NCBI GenBank assembly: GCA_963850045.1
Contig: CAWKJL010000003.1
Span: 368,819 to 432,818, forward strand
Direction: 5' to 3'
Source of the DNA: an uncultured Chloroflexia bacterium
GTDB lineage: Bacteria > Chloroflexota > Limnocylindria > Limnocylindrales > CSP1-4
Length of the DNA stretch: 64,000 bases
Part shown: positions 47,226 through 56,471 of the stretch, one piece after another
How positions within the stretch are numbered: the first letter of the stretch is position 1
Layout of the letters: each line of letters starts with the position of its first letter
Notes under the pieces: generated by a model
The model's input: the letters and a program-made list of their open reading frames with translations, nothing else
Database searches by the model: none
Told to the model about the DNA's origin: nothing
Program-made: the position numbers and the translations under genes

Positions 47226-48472
47226 CCCGCGCGCCCCGCCCGCCGCGACGGTTGGATCCGTATGGCGTGGGACCCGTCGGCTCGCTCATCGCCCCGATCG
47301 CGTCGGTCGTCGGGCTCCTTGTCGTCGCCTTCTTCACGCTGAGCCTGCTCAACGGCGATGTCCCGCTCGTCGGGGCGCCCGGTGGCGGGGGACCGACGAG
47401 CTCCGGCGGCGGCGCCGTCCCGGGCGTCACGAGGACCGCGGCCCCGTCGAACGTGATCGTGGTCGAGCCGGAGGCGGCGTTCCCGGGCTCGATCGTCTAC
47501 GCGAAGGCCGGCAACATCTGGATCCAGTCGGGCAAGGACGTCCGCCAGCTCACGACCGCCGGGACGGACTCGATGCCCTCGTGGTCGCCCGACGGGACGC
47601 AGGTCTACTTCGTCCGCACGGTGAGCGAGATCGGGACCTGGCCGTCGCAGGGCAAGCCGGCCCATTACCTGATGACCGTGCCCAGCGTGATGGTGATCAA
47701 CGCCGACGGCAGCGGGCAGCCGCAGCGGGTCATCAACGGCAAGATCCGCAAGGGCAGCCTCGAGTGGTTCGTCTGGCTCCGCCAGCCGGTGGCGTCCCCG
47801 GACGGCAAGACGCTGGCCCTCGTCTCGGACGCACCCGATCCGACCAAGTCGGACGTGATCCTCCAGACCTACGACCTGGCCAGGAAGAAGTCGACGATCC
47901 CCAGCGTCTCCGAGGTCGCGCCGCTGGGCCATCAGGACCCGGCCTGGAAGCCGGACGGCACGACGCTGGCGTACGTCCGCAACGCGCGCGATGGGCCCAA
48001 GGGAGCCGCGGCGATCTATCGCTACGACCTGAAGTCCAAGAAGAGCGTGCCGCTGACCGGCCCGGGATACCTCGAGCCCGACTACTCGCCCGACGGGCGG
48101 TACATCGCCGCGACCAAGAGCGGGACGTTCGGCTCCGACATCGTCATCATCGACGCGTCGCGCGGACGCGAGCTCCTGCGGGTCACCAACGACGGCGGGT
48201 CGTGGGCGCCGGTCTGGTCGCCGAAGGGCGACGCGATCGCGTTCCTCCACATCGAGGGCCAGATCGTCGACCTGCGCATGGCGGTCCTCGGCGGGAGCGC
48301 GCCGGACTGGACGGTCACCGACACCAAGGCCCTGACCGAGGTCTCCGGCCTTGACGGCGCGTCGCGGCCGGACTGGTTCATCCCGGCCAGCGAGCTGCCG
48401 ATCCCGACGCCGGCGCCGACCCCGCTCGCCACGCCGAGCGCGTCCGCCAGCTCGAGCGCGCCCGCCCGGTGA
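47222..48472 (+). CDS. PD40/TolB-like beta-propeller protein with an N-terminal membrane anchor
   Basis: Intact 416 aa. Repeated WSPDG, SPDG and YSPDG blades. Start overlaps the recJ stop (ATGA). Confidence 0.65.
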   Translation: MTRAPRPPRRLDPYGVGPVGSLIAPIASVVGLLVVAFFTLSLLNGDVPLVGAPGGGGPTSSGGGAVPGVTRTAAPSNVIVVEPEAAFPGSIVYAKAGNIWIQSGKDVRQLTTAGTDSMPSWSPDGTQVYFVRTVSEIGTWPSQGKPAHYLMTVPSVMVINADGSGQPQRVINGKIRKGSLEWFVWLRQPVASPDGKTLALVSDAPDPTKSDVILQTYDLARKKSTIPSVSEVAPLGHQDPAWKPDGTTLAYVRNARDGPKGAAAIYRYDLKSKKSVPLTGPGYLEPDYSPDGRYIAATKSGTFGSDIVIIDASRGRELLRVTNDGGSWAPVWSPKGDAIAFLHIEGQIVDLRMAVLGGSAPDWTVTDTKALTEVSGLDGASRPDWFIPASELPIPTPAPTPLATPSASASSSAPAR

Positions 48473-49346
48473 CCGGGACGTACCTCGAGCGACTGGCCGC
48501 ACGATCGGCCGCGACCGGGACCGTCCTGTGCCTCGGTCTCGACCCGGACCCGGCCACGCTCCCCGACGGCTTCACCCGCGACCTCGCGGGCATCGAGCGG
48601 TTCGCGACGCTGGTCGTCGAGGCGGCCGCGCCGCATGCCGCCGCGATCAAGCCCAACCTCGCGTTCTTCGAGGCGTTCGGATCGGCCGGGATGGCCGCCC
48701 TCGAGCGGATCCGCGGCCGCCTCCCGGCCGACCTGCCGGTCCTCGCCGACGCGAAGCGCGGCGACATCGGGTCGACCGCGGCCCGGCAGGCCGTCGCCCT
48801 CTTCGACGGCCTCGGCGCCGATGCCGTCACCGTCAACCCCTATCTGGGTGCCGAGGCGATCGCCCCGCTGATCGACCGGCTCGACCGCTTCGCCTACGTC
48901 CTCTGCCGCACCTCCAACCCCGGGGCAGGGGAGCTCCAGGACCTGGTCGTCGCCGCGGACCCCGACGCCGGCTTCCCCGCCGAGCCGCTCCACCGGCGGG
49001 TGGCCCGTCGGGCGGCGACCTGGGGGCCCGGCGGCACCGTCGGGCTGGTCGTGGGCGGGACGGCTCCAGCCGAGCTCGCGGGCATCCGCTCGATCGTGCC
49101 CGGCCTCGCGTTCCTCGTCCCCGGCGTCGGCGCCCAGGGCGGCGAGGCGGCCGCGGTCCTCAAGGACGGCGTCGCGAGCGCGTCCCCGGCCGGCGGCCGA
49201 CCGGGCGGCGGGCTCCTGGTGAACGTGTCGCGGGCCATCGCCAGTCCGCCGCACGACGAGCGGCGGCGGGGGTCCCGTCGATCCGTTCGAGCGGGTCGCA
49301 GCCGCCGCCGCCGAGTGGGCTCGAAAGCTCCCTGTGCTACCCTAGC
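48469..49346 (+). CDS. pyrF: orotidine-5'-phosphate decarboxylase (type 2), with a frame change near 49270
   Basis: Motif LADAKRGDIGST. ORF 48469.. reads through into tatA with no in-frame stop. The plausible C-terminus ...DPFERVAAAAAEWARKLPVLP* is in another frame. Confidence 0.7.
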
Positions 49347-49425
49347 CCGCGCACCGGACGGTCCCCGCGCCTCGTCCCGAAGCGACGCGGCGCACCCTCG
49401 AAACGACCTTCACAGGAGCACGACG

Positions 49426-49749
49426 ATGCCGAACATCGGAGCCCCGGAGCTCATCATCATCCTGGTCATCGCGCTGCTGGTCCTCGGCCCGGGCAAGCTT
49501 CCCGAGGTCGGCAAGTCGATCGGCCAGAGCATCAAGGAATTCCGGAAGGCGTCGACCGACGTCCAGGAAGGCATGAACCTCAACCCGACCCCGGCCCCGG
49601 CACCTGCGGCGCCGACCGCGCCTGCGGGCCAGGTCGAGGCGGCGCCGGTGGCGGCTGCGGTCGCCGCGCCTGCCGCGGTCAGCGCGCCCGCTCCCGAGCC
49701 GGTCGCGGCCGCGCCCGCCGCCAGCGAGCCGACGGCGCCGAGCAACTGA
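49426..49749 (+). CDS. tatA: twin-arginine translocase subunit TatA, with an Ala/Pro-rich tail
   Basis: RBS AGGAGC, then MPNIGAPELIIILVIALLVLGPGKLPEVGKSIGQSIKEFRKA. Confidence 0.8.
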   Translation: MPNIGAPELIIILVIALLVLGPGKLPEVGKSIGQSIKEFRKASTDVQEGMNLNPTPAPAPAAPTAPAGQVEAAPVAAAVAAPAAVSAPAPEPVAAAPAASEPTAPSN

Positions 49750-49772
49750 CGCTCCGCGTCCTGGTTTCCTAG

Positions 49773-50591
49773 ATGGCCGACGCCGACGCCCTTCGCGACG
49801 CCGGCGTCCCGGCCATCCCCGTGACGCCCGGATCGACCCCGCCACCCGACGTCGCGCCGCCGACCGCGCCCGACAGCTCGGTCATGACGCTCATCGACCA
49901 TCTCGGAGAGCTGCGCACCCGGCTGTTCCGGTCGATCCTCGCGGTCGCGGTCGCGGCCACGATCGGCTTCCTGTTCTTCGCCACGCCGATCCGCAACCTC
50001 ATCATCGACGTCCTGCCGGCCGACGCCGTCACCGGCAAGCACGCGACCGTCCAGACCCTCGGCCTCGGGGACGCGTTCGTCATCCAGCTCAAGATCTCGA
50101 TCGTCTTCGGGATCATCGTGGCGATGCCGATCCTGCTGTACCAGCTGTGGGCCTTCGTCGCTCCCGGCCTGACGCCGTCCGAGCGGAAGACCGTCCGCCC
50201 GTGGATCCCCCTCGCCTTGCTGTTCTTCGCGATCGGCGTCGTCATCGCCTACGTCGTGCTGCCCTATGCGGTCGCCTTCCTGCTGGCCTTCAACGACCAG
50301 TACCTCGTCACGGGCATCGCGGCCGGTCCGTTCTTCGAGTTCGTGACGACCATGTTCCTGGCGTTCGGCCTGATCATGGAGTTCCCGATCGTGATGGTCG
50401 GACTGTCGAAGGTCGGCATCCTGACGTCGGAGCGGTTGAACGGCACGCGGCGGATGACCATCCTCGGGATCGCGATCTTCGCGGCGGTCGCCACCCCCGG
50501 CGGCGACCTCGTCAGCCCGTTCGTGCTGGGGCTCACGATGTACCTGCTCTACGAGCTGACGGCCTTGTACATCAAGCGCTCCGGGCGGTGA
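49773..50591 (+). CDS. tatC: twin-arginine translocase subunit TatC
   Basis: Six transmembrane helices. Segment LIDHLGELRTRL. Confidence 0.85.
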   Translation: MADADALRDAGVPAIPVTPGSTPPPDVAPPTAPDSSVMTLIDHLGELRTRLFRSILAVAVAATIGFLFFATPIRNLIIDVLPADAVTGKHATVQTLGLGDAFVIQLKISIVFGIIVAMPILLYQLWAFVAPGLTPSERKTVRPWIPLALLFFAIGVVIAYVVLPYAVAFLLAFNDQYLVTGIAAGPFFEFVTTMFLAFGLIMEFPIVMVGLSKVGILTSERLNGTRRMTILGIAIFAAVATPGGDLVSPFVLGLTMYLLYELTALYIKRSGR

Positions 50592-51496
50592 CCGGGCGGC
50601 CGGAGGGCGGCGCGGTCGACGAGGCCGCGTCGGGACCCGCGGTCGTGATCGTCAGCGGCCTGTCCGGTGGCGGCAAGACCGCCGCGGCCAAGCTGTTCGA
50701 GGACATCGGCTACACCGTCGTCGACAACCTCCCCGGTGAGCTGCTCCCCGACCTGGCAGAGCTCGTCTCGTCCGACAGCGAGCGCTTCGCCCACGTCGCG
50801 ATCGTGCTCGACGTGCGAGCGGGCGACGCGGCGATGGCCTTCGGGGCGATGCGGGGCGCCTTCGAGGGGCGCGGCATCCAGCCCCGGGTCGTCTTCCTGG
50901 AAGCCCGCGATGAGGTCCTGATCCGCCGCTTCAGCGAGACGCGCCACCGGCACCCGCTGGGCGACCAGCGCGGCATCGCGAGCTCGATCGCGGAGGAGCG
51001 CCGGATCCTCGACCCGGTCCGTTCCGAGGCCGACATCGTGCTCGACACCTCGGACCTGTCGCTGCGCGAGCTCCGCGAGCGGCTCTTCGCGCAGCTCGGG
51101 ACGACCAGCGGCCCGGACCAGCTGGCCGTCCAGCTCATCAGCTTCGGCTTCAAGTTCGGCGTGCCGCTCGAGTCCGACCTCGTCTTCGACGTCCGGTTCA
51201 TGCAGAACCCGTACTACGTCGCGGACCTGCGGCAGCTCTCCGGCCTGACCGAGGCCGTGCGCGAGTACGTCCTCGCCCAGCCCGTGGCGGGCCGGTTCCT
51301 GGCGTTCCTCGAGGACTTCCTCGACTTCGCGGTCCCCGCGTACATCGGCGAGGGCAAGACCCGCCTGACGATCGGCATCGGCTGCACCGGCGGCTATCAC
51401 CGCTCGATCGTCATCAGCGAGGAGCTGGCGGCCTGGCTCCGCGAACGCGGGTTCGGCCCGGTCGCGGTGTTCCACCGCGAGCTGGAGCGGGCGTGA
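50588..51496 (+). CDS. rapZ: RNase adapter protein RapZ (YvcJ-type P-loop NTPase)
   Basis: Walker A IVSGLSGGGKTAAAK. C-terminal IGCTGGYHRS. GTG start overlaps the tatC stop. Confidence 0.85.
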   Translation: MTGRPEGGAVDEAASGPAVVIVSGLSGGGKTAAAKLFEDIGYTVVDNLPGELLPDLAELVSSDSERFAHVAIVLDVRAGDAAMAFGAMRGAFEGRGIQPRVVFLEARDEVLIRRFSETRHRHPLGDQRGIASSIAEERRILDPVRSEADIVLDTSDLSLRELRERLFAQLGTTSGPDQLAVQLISFGFKFGVPLESDLVFDVRFMQNPYYVADLRQLSGLTEAVREYVLAQPVAGRFLAFLEDFLDFAVPAYIGEGKTRLTIGIGCTGGYHRSIVISEELAAWLRERGFGPVAVFHRELERA

Positions 51497-52839
51497 ACCT
51501 GCGCCGCTGGCTGAGCCCGGGCATCGGGATCAAGCGCTGGCTGCTGGTCGTCTTCGCCGGCCTGCTGCTGCTCGCCCTGGCCGTTGCCCACATGCTGCGC
51601 CAGGTCACCCGCGATCTCGAGCCAGGTGGGGCGCTGGGTACGCTGATCGACACGCTGACCCTGCAGTTCCTGCCCTATCCGCTGCGCGGGCTGATCGTGG
51701 GCGGGGCCGGCCTGGCGATCTTCATCGTGGGGTCGGTCCAGGTCATCCGCGCGTTCATGGGCCCGTTCCGCAGCGCCGACGCGGACCAGCCGCCGCTGGT
51801 CGAGCTCATCTACCAGAAGCGGTTCCTGGCCCGCGGGCCCCGGATCGTGGCCATCGGCGGCGGGACCGGGCTGTCCACGCTGCTGCGCGGGCTCAAGGAG
51901 CACACCAGCAACCTGACCGCGATCGTCACCGTGGCCGACGATGGCGGCTCGTCCGGCGTGCTGCGCCAATCGCTCGGGATCCCGCCGGTCGGCGACATCC
52001 GCAACTGCATCGCCGCACTCGCCGACGCGGAGCCGTTGATGAACGACGTCCTGCAGTACCGCTTCCCGGGCAGCGACGACGGCGTCCCGGTCGACCCGGG
52101 CACGGACCCGACCGGCCTCGCCGGCCACCCCGTGGGGAACCTGCTGATCGCCGCCATGACCGCCATCGAGGGCGGCGACTTCGAGGAGGGCGTGCGCCAG
52201 GTCAATCGGGTCCTTGCGGTGCGCGGCCAGGTCGTGCCGGCCTCGGGCACCCCGCTCACGCTCCACGCGGAGATGACCGACGGCTCGTCCATCCACGGCC
52301 AGTCGCTGATCATGCGGACGAGCGGGATCTCGCGGGTCTGGCTGACGCCGGCCGACGTCCACCCGTCGGAAGATGCGCTGACGGCCATCGCCGAGGCCGA
52401 CCTGATCGTGCTCGGCCCGGGCAGCCTGTACACGAGCCTGCTGCCGAGCCTGCTGATCCCGGGGATCCGCGACGCCCTCCTCGCGAGCCACGCGCCGCGC
52501 GTGTTCGCCTGCAACGTCGCTACGCAGGACGGCGAGACGGCCGGCTACGACCTCGTTGCGCACGTCGAGGCGCTGGTCGCCCACACGGCGCCCGGCATCG
52601 TCGACGTGGTCCTCGCCAACAACCGGTTCGAGGCCAAGGTGCCCGAGATCTGGCACGCGGAACCGGTGAGGCTGCGCTGGCCGGCGGCCGTGACCCCGCT
52701 CCCGCGGCTCGTCCTCGATGATGTCGTCGACCCGGCGAACGCCCACCACCACGACCCCGAGCGCCTGGCGCTGGCCCTCCTCTCGATCGTCGAGCGCGAG
52801 AGCGGCGCCCGACGGAAGTCCGTCGCCAGGACCGCCTGA
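51493..52839 (+). CDS. yvcK: YvcK/gluconeogenesis-factor family protein (CofD-like)
   Basis: Motif IVAIGGGTGLSTLLRGLK...TAIVTVADDGGSSG. Confidence 0.85.
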   Translation: MNLRRWLSPGIGIKRWLLVVFAGLLLLALAVAHMLRQVTRDLEPGGALGTLIDTLTLQFLPYPLRGLIVGGAGLAIFIVGSVQVIRAFMGPFRSADADQPPLVELIYQKRFLARGPRIVAIGGGTGLSTLLRGLKEHTSNLTAIVTVADDGGSSGVLRQSLGIPPVGDIRNCIAALADAEPLMNDVLQYRFPGSDDGVPVDPGTDPTGLAGHPVGNLLIAAMTAIEGGDFEEGVRQVNRVLAVRGQVVPASGTPLTLHAEMTDGSSIHGQSLIMRTSGISRVWLTPADVHPSEDALTAIAEADLIVLGPGSLYTSLLPSLLIPGIRDALLASHAPRVFACNVATQDGETAGYDLVAHVEALVAHTAPGIVDVVLANNRFEAKVPEIWHAEPVRLRWPAAVTPLPRLVLDDVVDPANAHHHDPERLALALLSIVERESGARRKSVARTA

Positions 52840-52885
52840 CCGTGCCCCGCGCCCTCGCCCGATCCCTGGCGGCATCCGGCAACCC

Positions 52886-53770
52886 GTGACCCGCTCCGAA
52901 CGCGACCTCGTCCTGTCCCTGCGCGCCGAGCTGGCCGGCATCGACCCGTCCCGGTCGTGCGACCGGGTCGCGGAGGCGGCCGGGCTCGGCTCGTCCGCCG
53001 TCCGACGGGAAGGCCCGGTGGCACGGCTGGCCGTCCGCCTCCGACGCGGCGCCGAGGGGATGCACCGGACCTCCGCGGCGTCGGCGGGAGACCCGGCCGA
53101 TCCCGTGGCGGCGCTCGCGCCGGTCGCGCCCGTGGCGACCCCGACCGCATTCGACTGGGACGGCGCGGCGGACCACTGCCGGACGGCGTGGCTCCGGGGC
53201 CACTTCCTGGCCTGCGGCTCGCTCAGCCTGTCGGGCGGTCGCACGCATCTGGAGTTCGTCGTCGACCCCGCCGATGCGCCGGTCCTCGCTGCACGCCTCG
53301 CGGATATCGAGCTGCCGGCCTCATGGCGGATCCGGCGCGGCCGCGGCGTCGTGACCTGGAAGAGCGGCGAGGCGGTCGGGACGTTCCTGCGCCGCATCGG
53401 CGCCGCCGGGGGGCTTCTCGAGCTCGAGGCCAGACAGGTCTCGCGGGCGCTGCGCGGCGACCTCAACCGCGTGCTGAACGCCGAGTCGGCGAACCTCCAG
53501 CGGGCGGTCAGCGCCGCGGGCCGCCAGCTCGACGCGATCGCGATCCTCGACGCGGACGGCCGGCTTGCGCGGCAGCCGGAGGTCGTCCGGATGGTCGCCG
53601 CGGCTCGTCGTGAGACGCCCGAGGCGACCCTGTCGGAGCTTGCCGAGCGGCTGCGCCTCCACCGATCCGCGGTCCAGCGCGCGCTCGAGCGGATGGAGGA
53701 TCTCGCCGTGCATGAGGACGACGCAGTCGAGCGGCCGCCCCGCCGTCGCCGCTCCCCGGCTCTGGCATGA
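52886..53770 (+). CDS. whiA: DNA-binding protein WhiA
   Basis: Motifs LRGHFLACGSLS and RRIGAAGGLLELE. C-terminal helix-turn-helix. GTG start. Third gene of the rapZ-yvcK-whiA operon. Confidence 0.85.
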   Translation: MTRSERDLVLSLRAELAGIDPSRSCDRVAEAAGLGSSAVRREGPVARLAVRLRRGAEGMHRTSAASAGDPADPVAALAPVAPVATPTAFDWDGAADHCRTAWLRGHFLACGSLSLSGGRTHLEFVVDPADAPVLAARLADIELPASWRIRRGRGVVTWKSGEAVGTFLRRIGAAGGLLELEARQVSRALRGDLNRVLNAESANLQRAVSAAGRQLDAIAILDADGRLARQPEVVRMVAAARRETPEATLSELAERLRLHRSAVQRALERMEDLAVHEDDAVERPPRRRRSPALA

Positions 53771-54573
53771 TTCCGGTGATGCGTGACGTGATCGTTGCCG
53801 CGAACTGGAAGATGAACACGACCCCGGCCGACGCCGGCGAGCTGGCCCGGACGATCGCGTCGCGGACCCGCGAGCCCGGCGTCATCCGGGTCATCTGTCC
53901 GCCGTTCGTCTGCCTGGCCGCGGTCCGCGACGCTCTTGCGGCGGGCGACCCGGATGTCGCCGTCGGGGCCCAGACCGTCCATCACGAGCTGGCGGGCGCC
54001 TACACCGGCGAGACGTCCGCGCCGATGCTGGCCGGTCTCGCGACATGGGTCATCGTGGGCCACTCGGAGCGGCGCCGCGACGCCGGCGAGACCGACGAGC
54101 TGATCGGCCGGAAGCTGACGCGGGCCGTCGATGCCGGGCTCCGCCCGATCCTGTGCGTCGGCGAGCAGCTCGCCGAGCGCGACGCCGGGACGCAGGAGGC
54201 CGTCGTCCAGCGGCAGCTCGCCGGGGCCCTGGCGGCCGACGAGCCGGCACGCCTCGCCGCGGCCGGGCTCGTGATCGCCTATGAACCCGTGTGGGCGATC
54301 GGCACAGGGCGCAACGCCAGCGGCCGCGACGCCGCGGCGATGGCCGATGCGATCCGGGCCGCGCTCGTGGCGGCCGGTCTGGGCGCCGCGGCCGCGGATG
54401 CCACGCCGGTCCTCTACGGCGGCAGCGTCACGTCCGCCAACATCGGGGAGTTCCTCGCGGAGCCCGCGATCGACGGCGCGCTCGTCGGCGGGGCGTCGCT
54501 GAAGCCCGATGAGATGGCGGGGATCGTCGCCCGCGCCGGTCTGACGGCCCGCGCACGCCGCGCCGCGGCGTGA
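53767..54573 (+). CDS. tpiA: triosephosphate isomerase
   Basis: Motifs AANWKMN, VGHSERR and AYEPVWAIGTG. Confidence 0.9.
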   Translation: MIPVMRDVIVAANWKMNTTPADAGELARTIASRTREPGVIRVICPPFVCLAAVRDALAAGDPDVAVGAQTVHHELAGAYTGETSAPMLAGLATWVIVGHSERRRDAGETDELIGRKLTRAVDAGLRPILCVGEQLAERDAGTQEAVVQRQLAGALAADEPARLAAAGLVIAYEPVWAIGTGRNASGRDAAAMADAIRAALVAAGLGAAAADATPVLYGGSVTSANIGEFLAEPAIDGALVGGASLKPDEMAGIVARAGLTARARRAAA

Positions 54574-56156
54574 CCGTCGCCCCGCTCGGCCGGCCCCGTC
54601 CGATCGTCCTCGTCGTCCTCGACGGGTTCGGCATCGGCCGCGACCCGGCCGCCGACGCGATCGCCGCCGCCCCGATGCCGACCTGGCGGGGGCTTCTCGC
54701 CCGATGGCCGCACTCGACGCTCGGTGCCTCGGAAGGCGATGTCGGCCTGCCGCCCGGCCAGATGGGGAATTCGGAGGTCGGGCACCTCAACCTCGGCGCG
54801 GGACGGCCGGTCCTCCAGGACCTCCCGCGCATCGACGCCGCGATCGCCGATGGCTCGTTCTTCGAGCGCCCCGCGCTCGTGGCGGCCTGCCGGCGCGCCG
54901 TCGACGGGGGAGGGACCCTCCACCTCGTCAGCCTGGTCGGTCCCGGCGGGGTCCATGCCAACGACCGACACCTCGTGGCCCTGGCCGAGCTGGCGGCGCG
55001 GACCGGCGTCCCGCGCGTCCGGATCCATGCACTCCTCGACGGGCGCGACACGCCGCCGTCGTCGGCCATCGGGTTCGTCACCGACCTCGAGCGGCGCCTC
55101 GCCGCGGCCCATCCGGACGCCGCGATCGCGACGATCGGCGGCCGCTACTACGCGATGGACCGCGACGGCCGCTGGGATCGCGTCGAGCGCGGCTATGACG
55201 CGATCGTCCACGCCGAGGCCGCGCAGCACGCCCCGACGGCGGTGGCCGCCATCGAAGCCGCCTATGCCCGTGGCGAGACCGACGAGTTCGTGGCGCCGAC
55301 CGTCATCGACGGCACGGACGCCCCGATCCGCGACGGCGACCCGGTCATCCACGCCAACTTCCGTGCCGACCGGGCGCGCCAGCTCGCCCACGCGCTCGCG
55401 GACGGCCCGTCATTCGCCGGCTTCGACCGGACCTCGCCATCGGGTCGTCCGGCGCCGACGGGCATGCTCCTCGTGACGATGACCGAGTACGAGTCCGGCC
55501 TCCCGGCCGAGGTCGCGTTCCCGCCCGAGATCGTCCGCTCGCTCGCCGACGCCGTCGCGGACGCGGGCTGGCGGCAGTGCCACATCGCGGAGACCGAGAA
55601 GTACGCGCATGTCACGTACTTCTTCAACGGCGGCGTCGAGGCCGTCCATCCCGGCGAGGACCGCCGCCTGATCCCGAGCCGGAAGGTGGCGACGTACGAC
55701 CTCGCGCCCGCGATGAGCGCCGCCGGCGTGACCGACGCGCTTGTCGAGGCGATCGAGTCCGACCAGTACGACCTCATCGTCGCGAACTTCGCGAACCCCG
55801 ACATGGTCGGCCACACCGGGGTCTGGGACGCCACGATCGAGGCGCTGACCGTGCTCGACGGCTGCCTCGCGCGGATCGTCGCGGCCATCGAGACCGTCGA
55901 GGCCCGCGACCCCGACGGGCCAGGCGCGCTGCTCGCCATCACCGCGGACCACGGCAACGCCGATGAGCTCCGCGACGCCAAGGGCGGCGCCGTCACGGCG
56001 CATTCCCTGAACCCCGTGCCGCTCCTGCTGGTCGGCCGTGCGGCCGTCGGCCACACGCTCCAGGACGGCGTCCTGGCGGACGTCGCGCCCACCCTGCTCG
56101 AGTTCGCGGGGCTCCCACGGTGGGACGGCATGACCGGTCGTTCCCGGATCCTGTGA
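54570..56156 (+). CDS. gpmI: 2,3-bisphosphoglycerate-independent phosphoglycerate mutase
   Basis: Motifs LVVLDGFGI, GNSEVGHLNLGAGR and ITADHGNAD. Confidence 0.9.
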   Translation: MTVAPLGRPRPIVLVVLDGFGIGRDPAADAIAAAPMPTWRGLLARWPHSTLGASEGDVGLPPGQMGNSEVGHLNLGAGRPVLQDLPRIDAAIADGSFFERPALVAACRRAVDGGGTLHLVSLVGPGGVHANDRHLVALAELAARTGVPRVRIHALLDGRDTPPSSAIGFVTDLERRLAAAHPDAAIATIGGRYYAMDRDGRWDRVERGYDAIVHAEAAQHAPTAVAAIEAAYARGETDEFVAPTVIDGTDAPIRDGDPVIHANFRADRARQLAHALADGPSFAGFDRTSPSGRPAPTGMLLVTMTEYESGLPAEVAFPPEIVRSLADAVADAGWRQCHIAETEKYAHVTYFFNGGVEAVHPGEDRRLIPSRKVATYDLAPAMSAAGVTDALVEAIESDQYDLIVANFANPDMVGHTGVWDATIEALTVLDGCLARIVAAIETVEARDPDGPGALLAITADHGNADELRDAKGGAVTAHSLNPVPLLLVGRAAVGHTLQDGVLADVAPTLLEFAGLPRWDGMTGRSRIL

Positions 56157-56194
56157 TAGCATCCGTCGCCGTACCGCACTGAGGCCACCGACCC

Positions 56195-56422
56195 GTGGAT
56201 CCGCTCCTGGCATTCGGCCAGATCATCGTCTCGATCGCCCTCATCGTCGCCATCCTCCTCCAGGCCCGGGGCACGGGTCTGTCGGGGACGTTCGGCGGCG
56301 ACTCGGCGGTCTACCGCAGCCGTCGCGGCGTCGAGCGCCGACTCTGGCAGTTCACGATCGCGCTGCTGGTGCTGTTCATCCTCTTCTCGCTGGCCTCGTT
56401 CGCCCTCGCCCCCGTCGCCTGA
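56195..56422 (+). CDS. secG: preprotein translocase subunit SecG
   Basis: 75 aa with two transmembrane helices. Motif LLQARGTGLSGTFGG. GTG start. Confidence 0.8.
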   Translation: MDPLLAFGQIIVSIALIVAILLQARGTGLSGTFGGDSAVYRSRRGVERRLWQFTIALLVLFILFSLASFALAPVA

Positions 56423-56471
56423 CGGGCGTCTTCCGCCGACCTCCCGCGGCGACCGATCCGCACGGAGTCTC

